DNA of 35,407 nucleotides from Didymodactylos carnosus (Eukaryota), in NCBI GenBank assembly GCA_905250885.1, contig CAJNOQ010001136.1, positions 1-35,407 of the forward strand, in the 5' to 3' direction. The position numbers were made by a program, and so were the translations under genes. A model generated the notes under the pieces. That model had not been told where the DNA came from and made no database searches. It saw only the letters and a program-made list of their open reading frames with translations. Positions 10,599 through 20,447 of the stretch are shown here, piece by piece; positions within the stretch are counted from its first letter, which is position 1, and every line of letters starts with the position of its first letter.

Positions 10599-11151
10599 TA
10601 TTGTATTAATACGATAATTCGTACGTGCTGAAGTTGCAGAAGCACCTGTTTTGGGTTTATTGATAGTAGTGTTTGTTCCGCGTTAGTTATAAATGACTAT
10701 TTTTTGATTATTTACTTAGAATCAATTGCAAGTTAAGTCAATGAATAATGTTTAGATGGAAACCAAATTAAAAAGTAATTTTTAATCTTTGAAGGCTTCA
10801 ATTATGAGAGAAATGTGGCATATGTGTGTAAACAAGTTAGCCACTAAATCTTGCTAATTTTGTTATTTTCGTGTGTAATTTTCTTCGATTCAGGAGATAA
10901 GAAAGTTTTTTTTTCATCAACGAAAGTGTGCTTTTGATTGAGATAAATAGTCGGTTTTATTTTTGAAGAAAAAAAGATATATCATTCAATTTTGAATGTA
11001 GCGAGTAATTGGTTGAGAAAAACATGAAATATATCTAAGCACAAATTCAGCAGAAAAATACATATTTTAATGTCATTTATCTGACCTAATGCATTAGAAA
11101 AGAAACAAACACTCACTGTACAGAGCAGTCTACATTTGAACCGCATGAAAA

Positions 11152-11806
11152 CTAATACACTAATTGATGAGGCATGCTGTTAGCTGTATTGAACATGGGA
11201 GCAGTTGGATAGGGTTGTTGCATTAATGGCATGCCACCACCCTGCATCTGCATTTGATAACCTTGTTGAACAAGAGGTGCACCTGGTGTTGACATCATTG
11301 GCCTATATCCGAATGTCATTCCACCGGTACCTTGTTGGTATGGATACATGTAGTTGGTTTGAGGCATTGATGTCGCTGGCGCTTGTTGAAATTGTTGATA
11401 AGGAGAACCAGTCATCGGCCCTAATCCTTGCATACCTGTCGTCATTACAGGTCGATACATCATTTGATTTTGTCGAGCTGCAGCTGCTCCCATTTGTGAA
11501 GCTGCTCCCATTTGTGCTCCCATTTGTGCTCCCATTTGTGCTCCCATCATCATGGCTCCATTTGCGGGTGCCATTGGTGATTGTCCTGGTAAAACCATGC
11601 CCGGCATTGTGGGAGGCATATATTCGAAACTCGAAGATGACGAACGACTTTGATGATATGCTGGCGCACCAGTCGAGCCAATGATACTTTGTGCACGGTA
11701 ACCATTTGAGTAATCTTGATGTAGACCACTAACAGGGTAGGATACGACAGCAGGAGAACCTGATTGACTATAACCACGACGGACAGGGCGATCAACTTTG
11801 ATTACT
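11152..11806 (-). CDS. LC-protein exon 4 (RVIKVDRPVRRGY... then an M/Q/G-rich tail with 3x GAQM repeats)
   Basis: Acceptor ttattctacAG (11808-11807). Continuous with ORF 11152-11619, whose 'M' is an internal residue. The tail is PMMSTPGAPLVQQGYQMQMQGGGMPLMQQPYP... Confidence 0.7.
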
Positions 11807-12508
11807 CTGTAGAATAATCAAATAATTTAAAATAACTAGGTATATTCTTACGAGATTAAAGCAAACCTGGTTCGAACTATAGGTGGTGGAGCTTCTTCAT
11901 GCATTTCTTTCTGGATAATTCGCGGTGGCGGGGTACGTGGCTGTTCAATTACACGTTCAACAATTTCTTGTGCTTGTGGCCGAATTATTACCTAAAGTCA
12001 AGATTAAAATGGGGCAACACGTCAACGTGCCACAAAAAAGAAGCATTGAGTCATTTCTTATTCAAAATATCAAAAGCTTTTGAGGAAATATGTTTTTGTC
12101 TTTAGTGTGGAACAGGAGTTCCTCTAAGACTTAAAAATTCTTGTAATTCAACACTTACTCGCTCCATGACTGGTGCCTCAGGTGTTGGTGCTCGTTCAAC
12201 CACTCGTTTAATTATAGGTGGTGGTGTTGGTGCACGAATTACGTCTCTAGGTCTTCGGACTTCTCGTGATATTAGACGGCCACGATATTCATAATCACTA
12301 CTTGAAGTATTTGTTGTAAACGATGAATAACGATCGGGAGAATAAGATCTAAAACAAAAAAAATAAATATTTAAAACGAACTTTAATCACTTTTTAAGTC
12401 TTACCTTTGATTTCTATCGCCACTGTAGACTGGCATTGCGCCATTCTGATATGGTATTACACCATCACCATATCCAGCACCGTTCGTATAAGCATAACGA
12501 TAAGACAT
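11152..12508 (-). CDS. Gene span: proline-repeat / Met-Gln-Gly-rich low-complexity protein (4 exons, ~357 aa)
   Basis: Minus-strand ATG at 12508-12506 in a gaccATGt context. Exons joined by GT-AG introns of 56, 74 and 60 bp. The exon lengths (104, 190, 125, 655 nt) sum to 1074 nt and stay in frame, ending at the ORF 11152-11619 stop. Confidence 0.7.
11867..11991 (-). CDS. LC-protein exon 3 (VIIRPQAQEIVERVIEQPRTPPPRIIQKEMHEEAPPPIVRT)
   Basis: Acceptor gactttAG (11993-11992), donor AG|GTTTGC (11866-11865), phase 0 to 2. Confidence 0.7.
12159..12348 (-). CDS. LC-protein exon 2 (SYSPDRYSS...RAPTPPPIIKRVVERAPTPEAPVMER)
   Basis: Acceptor ttgttttAG (12350-12349), donor CGA|GTAAGT (12158-12157). 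Confidence 0.7.
12405..12508 (-). CDS. LC-protein exon 1 (MSYRYAYTNGAGYGDGVIPYQNGAMPVYSGDRNQ...)
   Basis: ATG 12508, donor AG|GTAAGA (GT at 12404-12403), phase 2. Confidence 0.65.
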
Positions 12509-12551
12509 GGTCTACAAAGGAAAAATTTGTTGAAATCATTGTTTTTATTGT

Positions 12552-12558
12552 TATATAA
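12552..12558 (-). promoter_or_regulatory. Candidate TATA box (TATATAA) ~45 bp upstream of the LC-protein ATG
   Basis: ttatataagag on the plus strand is tcttatataa on the minus strand. Position is consistent with a core promoter for the gene starting at 12508. Confidence 0.3.
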
Positions 12559-13320
12559 GAGAAAGACTTTAACAGAAGAAAAAATGAGCGGTAGAAGATC
12601 ATCGATAACGTTCACTTGCTGATTCTAAGTCTTGCTTACTCTTTACTGAAAACCAGATAAGTTTAATAATGGTTTTTTCTTGTTCGACACGATTTAGGTA
12701 AATGAGTAGGCGTGCTCAATATGAAAAATTTTAATGGTAAATTTGAACTATTTTTCTCGCGCAGAAGAGAAGATATACGATGGAAAGAAGAAAAATATCA
12801 AGGTACTACACTTCGGTCACAAAAATAAATCGATGACCATCGTTTACCGAAAGGAAGAGACACATAAATGAAAATTGTTTTCGTCTTTGAACAATTTGAG
12901 TCACGGTTGATTTCACCTGTATGACGCTTTTCTAGACGATACAGAATCGATTCGCAAACGAAATCTGGTTATCATCTTTGGATATTGTCTTAACTTTCAA
13001 AGGAAAGTCGGGCGTATTTCGAGCATAACCTGTTATATAGTAGACAATACGAAAGACAGTAGTAATTATGACAAAAAAAAAATTAAATATAAGATCTATA
13101 GAAAAAAATTGAAGGATATATATGTACCTCTCTGTTCAGTCAAATAGATATGACAGAGAAAAATGAGCTTATCAAATTATTTTTGAATATGAAAATAGGT
13201 GAAATGTCTAATGATGTCTAGAGAAAATTGATGTCCTATATAGTTTGTAGATAAAGGTCGAGAATCAAATGTTGAATCTGTAATCATCTTTCTTACAGCT
13301 CGATTTTACCAAAATACAAT

Positions 13321-13660
13321 ATTCTAGACAGAATCTTACGCACTTCCTGTCTATTTCCTACTAGGATCTTACAGGATCCTAACATGTAGGATCCACCTAA
13401 TAACTTCCTAGCAGGATCCTAAAATGCTAGGATCCTACTAGAATTTCGCTTAAGTTTGTTTAAGATTCTAATAAAATCTTAGAAAATCCTATGACTTTCA
13501 GGTATACCTGATTTCATTAGGATTCTGTAGGATTTTATTAGGATCCTAAGAAATTAAAGCGAAACCTTAGTAGGATACTGGTAGGGTATATCTCGAATTC
13601 TGTCAGAAAAATTATAGGAATTTTACTAGGGTATATTGGATATTTATCAAAAGTCGAGTG
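13321..13660. repeat. Foldback-type imperfect palindrome centred on CAGGTATACCTG (13499-13510), studded with ~10 TAGGATCCTA (GGATCC) motifs
   Basis: Left arm ...cgcttaagtttgtttaagattctaataaaatcttag... mirrors right arm ...ggattttattaggatcctaagaaattaaagcg... The motifs ctaggatcct, aggatcctaa and taggatccac recur on both arms. Confidence 0.6.
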
Positions 13661-14065
13661 AATAATATAGTTTAATTTAAACTATTTATTATAATCAATA
13701 AAAAAAGAAGAGTTACATCTGGAAAAATAGGGAATCGCCATTGTATCTTGCCAATTCAGAGTGGTTAACATAAATTATATCTGATTTAATACTGTTTGTT
13801 GACTAACATAATGATATCAAATCAGAATAAAATATAAAACAGATAGAAAAAATAAAGTTATTCAAACAAAAGAAAATAGTCAGAAATGATGTTGCATGGT
13901 GTAAAGAAAAATATGTAAATAATTGTTGATTTCTAGATACATACATAGAAATAGGGATTATGTACTATGTGTGTATGATGTAAAAATCAAATGTCAAAAT
14001 GCTTAGACTATTTAATAGAGTTAATTACTGATAGATAGATCAATTTATAACCTTCGAATGCTAAA

Positions 14066-14093
14066 CTCTGATTGGTTCACTCTGATTGGTTCA
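14066..14093. promoter_or_regulatory. Tandem duplicated inverted CCAAT box (2 x CTCTGATTGGTTCA)
   Basis: ctctgattggttca ctctgattggttca. ATTGG is CCAAT on the opposite strand, the NF-Y site consensus. No gene is assignable nearby. Confidence 0.3.
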
Positions 14094-15400
14094 CGTTAAT
14101 AAATTTTCAAACTAAATTCCACTAAAATTTAAAATTTTTAAATCAGTATTTTTGATTTTAAAAATTAATTATAACGAATTTTAAAAATTCTCTCGTTCAT
14201 CCTATAGCATAATGACATCTTAAATAATTTCTATACCCAGAGTTTTTTGCCGAAATGCTTCTCTGAAGCGAAACATCGTTCAAGATGTTTTTAAAAATAC
14301 TTTCTACCCTAAAATTTCATCGACAAAATAAAATTTAAATTTCTCCGCCAAACTTTGATTAGGAATGACATCAGCTTTTTTACATAGGCAAGTTGATGTG
14401 CCAAGACGAAAGAATTAGCTCTTCAAATTGAAATTTTAAAGAATGGACAAAAAAACGGGTGGAAACTTCACAATTTCATATCTCAAAAACTATAAGTCCG
14501 GAACTCGAACAATTTTTGGGTATACACTTCAAAGTGTTATCTACAAACTGAGAAAAAGACCTAAGTGAGGAACCCCATTAATCCTTCGTGTCAAGAACAA
14601 ACCTCTACCCTATGAGCCTAATCATAAGTTGCTATGAGGTTATTTTTTCGAAGATCTAATTTCAAAATACCATATACAAAAAGTTGCACCAGCTTCCAAG
14701 CAGATGCCTGGAGCAATCAACCGTACCTTTTTTGACGCTCCGCCATTTCTACGCCAACACCTATTTTCGACATGCGCCTTACGAAAAATGGATTATTACT
14801 GTTCCTTTTTTGACAATCTCTACCCTATACATCGTGAGCCGCTCGGCGCTGTTCGCCGGTCCGCTGCTTGGGTTATAACGCGAAAGTTCGGCTACAAAGT
14901 TAGTGATTCTGATCTAGCAAACACAATAGGACTTCCAAACTTGACGCTAAGATGGAAGTATTTAGATTAGTGAGCTATTACTGTATTGTGAATCACCATA
15001 CTGATTCAACCGTTAGAACACATCACTTGGAACAAATATCCCACTCAGATTCAGAAGATATTCCAATTCCTCGAACAAAAACAATACTTTTTTTTCTTTT
15101 ATCTGGCAACTGCCAAAGAGTGGAACAGTCTCCTATTCTTCTGAAACAGTAGCCTAGCACCTAACATACAACCATTTAAAACAAGTCTCAAAAGCCAACT
15201 TAGTTTGAAGCAAAATTATTGCTCTTTTTCTTGTGATTTATCGTCGTTTTTAAAAATTGTTCTGATCTGGATCTTACGTATTTTGTCTTGTTTATTGTGA
15301 GTGTGTGCCGGACACATGTTCTGTTTGAGTAAAAGCTTGTGTGTTTGAACGGTTATACAATATGTAGTATTATGTGTAAAGTTGCTTTTTTTTTAAACAG

Positions 15401-16094
15401 ATTAAAGATCTGCTGATGGGATGTTCAATGTCGCCATTTCTAGCGGACATAGCTTTAAATGAAGTTTTGCTGTATAACTGGGATTATCAAAAGTATCCTT
15501 ATATTGGATTAGCACGATATATTGATGATATACTGTGAGTTTCAAAAATGGATAAAAAGAAAATCCAGGAATTAGTAGCAGATCTAAATAGTAAGAATGA
15601 TTTACAATTTCACTTTTGAATATGAAGTAGAACACAAGATAGTATGTTTGAATGTCAGTATTCAGATAAATCAAATAAGTGAAACAAGAGAAACAAGCTG
15701 ATTTCAGAAAGCAACGTCTAGTTCAAAAGTATTAAATTTTGATTCAGATCATAGCTATGCTATGAAGCAAAATATAATTACTAATATGATGAAAAGAATA
15801 ATAATATGTGATAATTATTCTTATTATATTATTAACAATAAAGAAAACGAAAGAGATATGTTAGAGTTGAAACAAATTTTAAATAACAGTGATTATCCAC
15901 AAAGAGTAGTGGTAAATTTTTTCTAGAAAATTAATAAAAGTGGAAAAAACGAAAACATAAGTGAGAAAAAAGAGAATATACAATCCTATGTGGTAGTCAT
16001 TCCACATAGACATGTAGTAACTGAAAAACTCCGGCATATCTTAACAAAATTGAATATAAAAGTATATACAACTTTGAATCGTAGTTTAGGTTAG
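15401..16094 (+). pseudogene. 5-prime-truncated, frameshifted reverse-transcriptase fragment of a retroelement (possibly Penelope-like)
   Basis: Plus-frame translation IKDLLMGCSMSPFLADIALNEVLLYNWDYQKYPYIGLARYIDDIL carries RT motifs B and C (Y-x-DD). Downstream frames are broken (MDKKKIQELVADLNSKNDLQF / TFEYEVEHKIVCLNVSI). Near 15985-16090 there is a remnant SYVVVIPHRHVVTEKLRHILTKLNIKVY that faintly resembles a GIY-YIG domain. Nothing coding lies upstream of 15400. The fragment is interrupted by the MITE at 16095-16822 and decays further by ~16960. Confidence 0.55.
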
Positions 16095-16822
16095 GCCTCT
16101 TCAAATAACTCGGGAACGCAAAGAGATATCGAGAAACAGTTTAAAAGCAAATTTTCAGGAAACGCTCCGGACAGCTCATAAAGCATAATCAAAGACGAAA
16201 AAGATAAATTTCAGCCGGCATTGGTTTAAGGTTTTCCAGAAACCTTCTGAAAAACCTCAAAGCATCAGTGTTCTGTTGGACCACTTTTTCGGCGTGATCA
16301 CCGATATATGGCACGTTTTAGGTCTTTCCTGAAAATTTGCTTGAGTCAGCAAGAGATTTGATCGAGATATAAGGATTTTAATTTTTGCTAGTAACAGACG
16401 AAAAAACGGTTTTTCATAAAAATGCCTCTGGCGAAGCTATATTCATTTCCACACAAAAAAAAATGTTGCCACTATGCTTAGGGTAGTCCATTACCTATAT
16501 TCCATGGCATTTCGAGATTCCCAGAAATGTCTACTCGGAGATAGATACGTGCCCTGTCCGAACGACGATAGCTAGAGAGCCGGGACTTGCATAATTTTGT
16601 AGAATAACGTCCGGACTATCTACGCATGCAAAAAGATTTCTGCCATTGTATGTTAGTTTTCTGAGAACGGAGCTGGTTTTCCAAAGATCTACCTGGAAAA
16701 CCCCTCAAGATCCAGAAAAAAGTTTTTTTCTGCCATAGTTCGATGTGCCCCAGACTTGGCCATAAACTGACGAAAACCGTTTCTCGATATCTCTTTGCGT
16801 TCCCGAGTTATTTGAAGAGGCG
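16095..16822. mobile_element. MITE-like nonautonomous DNA transposon (~728 bp) with 47-bp TIRs, inserted into the RT fragment
   Basis: 16095-16142 GCCTCTTCAAATAACTCGGGAACGCAAAGAGATATCGAGAAACAGTT matches rc(16775-16822) with one mismatch. The interior is non-coding. Confidence 0.8.
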
Positions 16823-17640
16823 CATAGTACCTTATATTTTGAATCCGATAGTAATACCGGAGTAAAAGAACAGGTTAGCAATAAGGATAATAAACTAGAG
16901 AAGCCGATAGAGATGAGAATAAAAAACTCGAGATATATTTAAGAAAACAACCGAGAATAAACTACAAATGACAAAGCAGAAGTTTCAAACGTTGACTTTT
17001 CAAAAGGTTTTTCATCGGCCCTTTTATTAACGTTATTTTATTGTAGATGTATTTTAAGTTTTAACATTAATTGTCTGCATGGTTAAGAAGGAAAAAGAAA
17101 AAAGGTCGTCTTGACATATGTAAATTCTTCTTACTTGGTCTGCTCTTTTGCGTTTCTTTCTTAGATCAGTCCTTTTAAATCGCGTAATCTTATACTAAGT
17201 AAGAATTGCCTAGGCAGGGGAAGAGTGAAAAGAACAAAGGATATAAATGTAGTACGTTATGTTCTATTATCAACTGTATATATTGTATTGTGTAGAGAAG
17301 AAAAGCATATTTTTCGAAAAATAAAATTTTCATTCTGAGATAGGGTCTGGAGTATCCGTGGTAAACATTTCGACCCGATCGGACCATTTTTTCGAAGAGT
17401 CATAATGTGACTGGATGAAAACGGGAGTTTTCCAGGACCCATGGAAGATCATGTCACAAAATGCTGAGCAAAAATACATCGATTTTCTTTTTCGCTCTTC
17501 TATCTCCGGTATAAATTTGACGAGGAAACCTCCCCAGGTTGCAAATCGCTTTCGGGCTAAAACCTAGTGGGTTATGGACCATGCTGATTCCGAATATAAC
17601 AATCATTTTGGCCGATAGGTCTTCAGAGACCGAATTTCTG

Positions 17641-17986
17641 GAAAATCAGTTTTTCAAAACTTCTAAAAAATAAACAAAACCTTTGTTAATGAGGCAGGAT
17701 TGTAGCACGCACATTTCTGATTAAAATGAGATACCTCCCAGCTCTACACGGTCTTTCTTTGCAAAGTTGTAGAATTTACGAGAAAAGCCCTAAACTAATT
17801 TCTTATTCTGTAGCTTTGAGCTGACAATGAACATTTAGGGTTTTTCTTGCAAACTCTATAACTTCGCAAAGAAAGGTCGTGTAGAGCTAGGATGAGTCTC
17901 ATTTTAATCAGAAATCTGCGGACTACAATCCTGCCTCATTAACAAAGGTTTTGGTTACTTTTTAGGAGTTTTGAAAAACTGGTTTC
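17641..17986. repeat. 346-bp near-perfect palindrome (arms ~154 bp at ~88% identity, 39-bp spacer 17795-17833)
   Basis: Left arm GAAAATCAGTTTTTCAAAACTTCTAAAAAATAAACAAAACCTTTGTTAATGAGGCAGGATTGTAGCACGCACATTTCTGATTAAAATGAGATACCTCCCAGCTCTACACGG... versus rc of right arm GAAACCAGTTTTTCAAAACTCCTAAAAAGTAACCAAAACCTTTGTTAATGAGGCAGGATTGTAGTCCGCAGATTTCTGATTAAAATGAGACTCATCCTAGCTCTACACGA... Confidence 0.8.
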
Positions 17987-18092
17987 AAAGTTCATCGGGA
18001 CAGCAGTGCGGGAAAAACAGAACGGGAAAAAACTATGTTAAGAAATCAGAAATTTTTTTATGCCCACCTCCTAAAATTCCTGGCTACGTCGT

Positions 18093-18137
18093 TGTTAGGC
18101 ATGCAACAATCCGATAGTTCGGTGACGGAACGTGTTC
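18093..18137 (+). repeat. Short dispersed repeat copy 1 (TAGGCATGCAACAATC...GCGAAC.TGTTCG)
   Basis: Shares TTAGGCATGCAACAATC and a GGT.GCGAAC.TGTTCG tail with 18755-18805. A partial third copy sits at 18605-18640. Confidence 0.4.
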
Positions 18138-18754
18138 GGACGAAGATTGCAAATATGACAGTTTATATTTTTCTCATCGGAGATGTCGGCGAGCTCTCTG
18201 TTGAGGAACTATTAGGATAAAAGACCATAAACCTTATAAAGATACATTCGAATTAGGGCTGTACCTTTCTGTCTATTTTATTTGCACAGTGAGGAAAAAC
18301 ATTTTTGCATGAAAACAAAGTAAATCAATCTGCTACAGAAGCCACATTAGTAAAAGTATGCTTTAGTTAGAGCGTAAATAAGATATAATGAAACCTAAAG
18401 GTACTTTGAACTTCCTGAACCAAAACAGACTTAAAATTGCTGCTCTAACTCAAACTTTTCTTTACTTGACTATCTACGGCTACGACGTAATTATGAATGC
18501 TCCTTCGTATGGTGTGATCTTCACCATTTTTTCTGTTTCACAGAGATTGTTTTCATGTATTTTTTCGCTCTCACGTTCTTAGCTTTAATAAACTAGTTTT
18601 TTAAACCTTTGGTAGCGAACCATTTCACCAACATGTTCCGTAGTGATCCGGTAGAACACACCTTCGCTCACGTTGTACTTTAGTTAACCTATTTTCTCAC
18701 TGATTAGTTCCTTCAAAGACTTGAATTTCATTCCGTTTGTCTTTAGTCCAGACT

Positions 18755-18805
18755 AGGCATGCAACAATCTCAAGCTAGGGCTCACTGATCGGTAGCGAAC
18801 ATGTT
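18755..18805 (+). repeat. Short dispersed repeat copy 2
   Basis: See 18093-18137. Confidence 0.4.
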
Positions 18806-19610
18806 CGATAACAAACCGTTTGGTGACCTTTCTTTTATTTATACAGTTACATTGTAGCATAAAGGACCGAGTGACGATATGAGGCTCAATATGCTTGAGC
18901 CTCACTCGACTTTTTTAGCCGTACGAGGCTCACGCACACTAGGTTTCAAGCAAAAATAGATTTTATTTTTCCATTTTTGTAAATGAAATATTAGAAATGA
19001 ACTCTCCTAATGAACTCTCCTAATGTGCTTTCTAGTGAAACTTCTTGTATCCAAGATCTTGAGTTAAGATCTTACTGAAAAAAATCAAACAAACCAAGAT
19101 CTTGGCTCAGGAAGCTCCATGGGCTTTCTTTAATTGGATGGTACATTGAACGGAGGAATCAAAAATTCTCTGTGGTACTGGCGCCGTTTCAGATAAGACT
19201 TTGTGGTGAAAAACATGTTTATTCATAATTCAGCAGTATGAATAGTAATATCACACTTATGAGAATATATCATATCGCAATATTGCTAATTGTTTGACTA
19301 GATATCAGTGTTGCTTCATGATTCAACAGGACACATTTTTTATGAAGACTATCTAACTTTGTAAGCATTTAATTTGACAATGGTTTTGAAATTCATGACT
19401 AGGTGTAATTACTCGAAGTATTTCTGGTAAAAAGTATTTTTCTTTCTGTTCGATGCGCAAGTACAGACTAGTAATCGTGGCGGCATTGTATGAGTCAACT
19501 ACTCTTGTGTTTCTTTCAGCATTGCCATGTAATTCATATACAGATGTCATTGCACAATATTTTTGAAAGTTAGGGTACATTCAGAAGTTATTTTGTTCTA
19601 TGCATTTTAT

Positions 19611-19690
19611 AGAATATAATATTTCTATTTCTTCTATCATCATTCTATTTCACTCTCTTTCTCTCGTTTCTCTCATTTCTCTCAAAAAAA
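19611..19690 (+). repeat. CT-rich (TCTC/TTTC) pyrimidine microsatellite-like tract ~430 bp upstream of MVP-A
   Basis: tatttcttctatcatcattctatttcactctctttctctcgtttctctcatttctctcaaaaaaaaa. Confidence 0.5.
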
Positions 19691-20033
19691 AACATCATAG
19701 ACTTCAATTTATAAAAACGTTCGGTTTTTGTCACAACAACAAGTTTATACACAGAACCGACGAACAGCAAAGGTGTGTACTGTGTACTTGATGTTCAACT
19801 GCTACGATGTTATCGCTATTGTTTAACGTTAGCCGACCCATAAGAATTCCTTATTCAGATCGACCACTAATTTTTTAATATAAGCTTGCAGTGATCTATT
19901 ACCATCCTTTATTTTAAGAAGATAAACTGAGACAATTTCACATCTTTTGAGTTCATAATAGAAATGACATACGGGCGAAAGATTGTTACTTCTCGAAGTC
20001 TCTTTAGTACTTAGATGTGGACACGTCAATAGG

Positions 20034-20044
20034 TATAAAAAAAA
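20034..20044 (+). promoter_or_regulatory. TATA box (TATAAAAAAAA) ~85 bp upstream of the MVP-A ATG
   Basis: ggTATAAAAAAAAttg at 20032-20047, with a second tatttaaaag at ~20060. Confidence 0.35.
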
Positions 20045-20120
20045 TTGACAATCAGAGTTATTTAAAAGACGTTATTTGTTTTAGATTATTGGTGTCTACT
20101 TCAAATAAAACAGAAAAAAA

Positions 20121-20447
20121 ATGGCGGATCCAAAATCAAGTGGCGTTTATCGCATTCCACCATATTATTACATCCACGTATTAGATCAGAATAGCAATGT
20201 ACCACGATTGGAAGTTGGTCCAAAAACATTTGTTAAACAAGATCATGAAAAAGTTCTCTTAGGCCCAGAAAAACATATTATCATTCCACCGCGACATTAT
20301 TGTGTCATTGAAAATCCAGCAATGAGAGATAAAAAAGGACAAGTGCTTATCGATACACATGGACAAGTTCGATTGTTACATGCCGATTTAGCAATTAAAT
20401 TTACACAAGAACCGTTTCCGTTGTTTCCTGGAGAAGTATTAAAACAG
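20121..20447 (+). CDS. MVP: MVP-A exon 1
   Basis: ATG 20121. Donor CAG|GTAAGC (GT at 20448-20449), phase 0. Confidence 0.88.

Noticed and set aside
11858-11872. tRNA T-loop-like GGTTCGAAC
   Set aside because: It lies inside coding exon 3 of the low-complexity protein gene (encoding ...IVRT...) and has no D-arm or acceptor context.
14684-15152. Three overlapping plus-strand ORFs in a GC-richer patch, considered as a possible upstream part of the RT element
   Set aside because: No RT, endonuclease or Gag motif in any frame, and separated from the RT block by 250 bp of non-coding AT-rich DNA. Possibly an unrelated repeat fragment, since CTCTACCCTAT occurs twice, but this is unsupported.
15518-15560. 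An intron after YIDDIL (GTGAGT follows CT)
   Set aside because: No in-frame acceptor within a plausible distance, and the downstream RT motifs continue in a shifted frame. A frameshift from decay is the simpler explanation.
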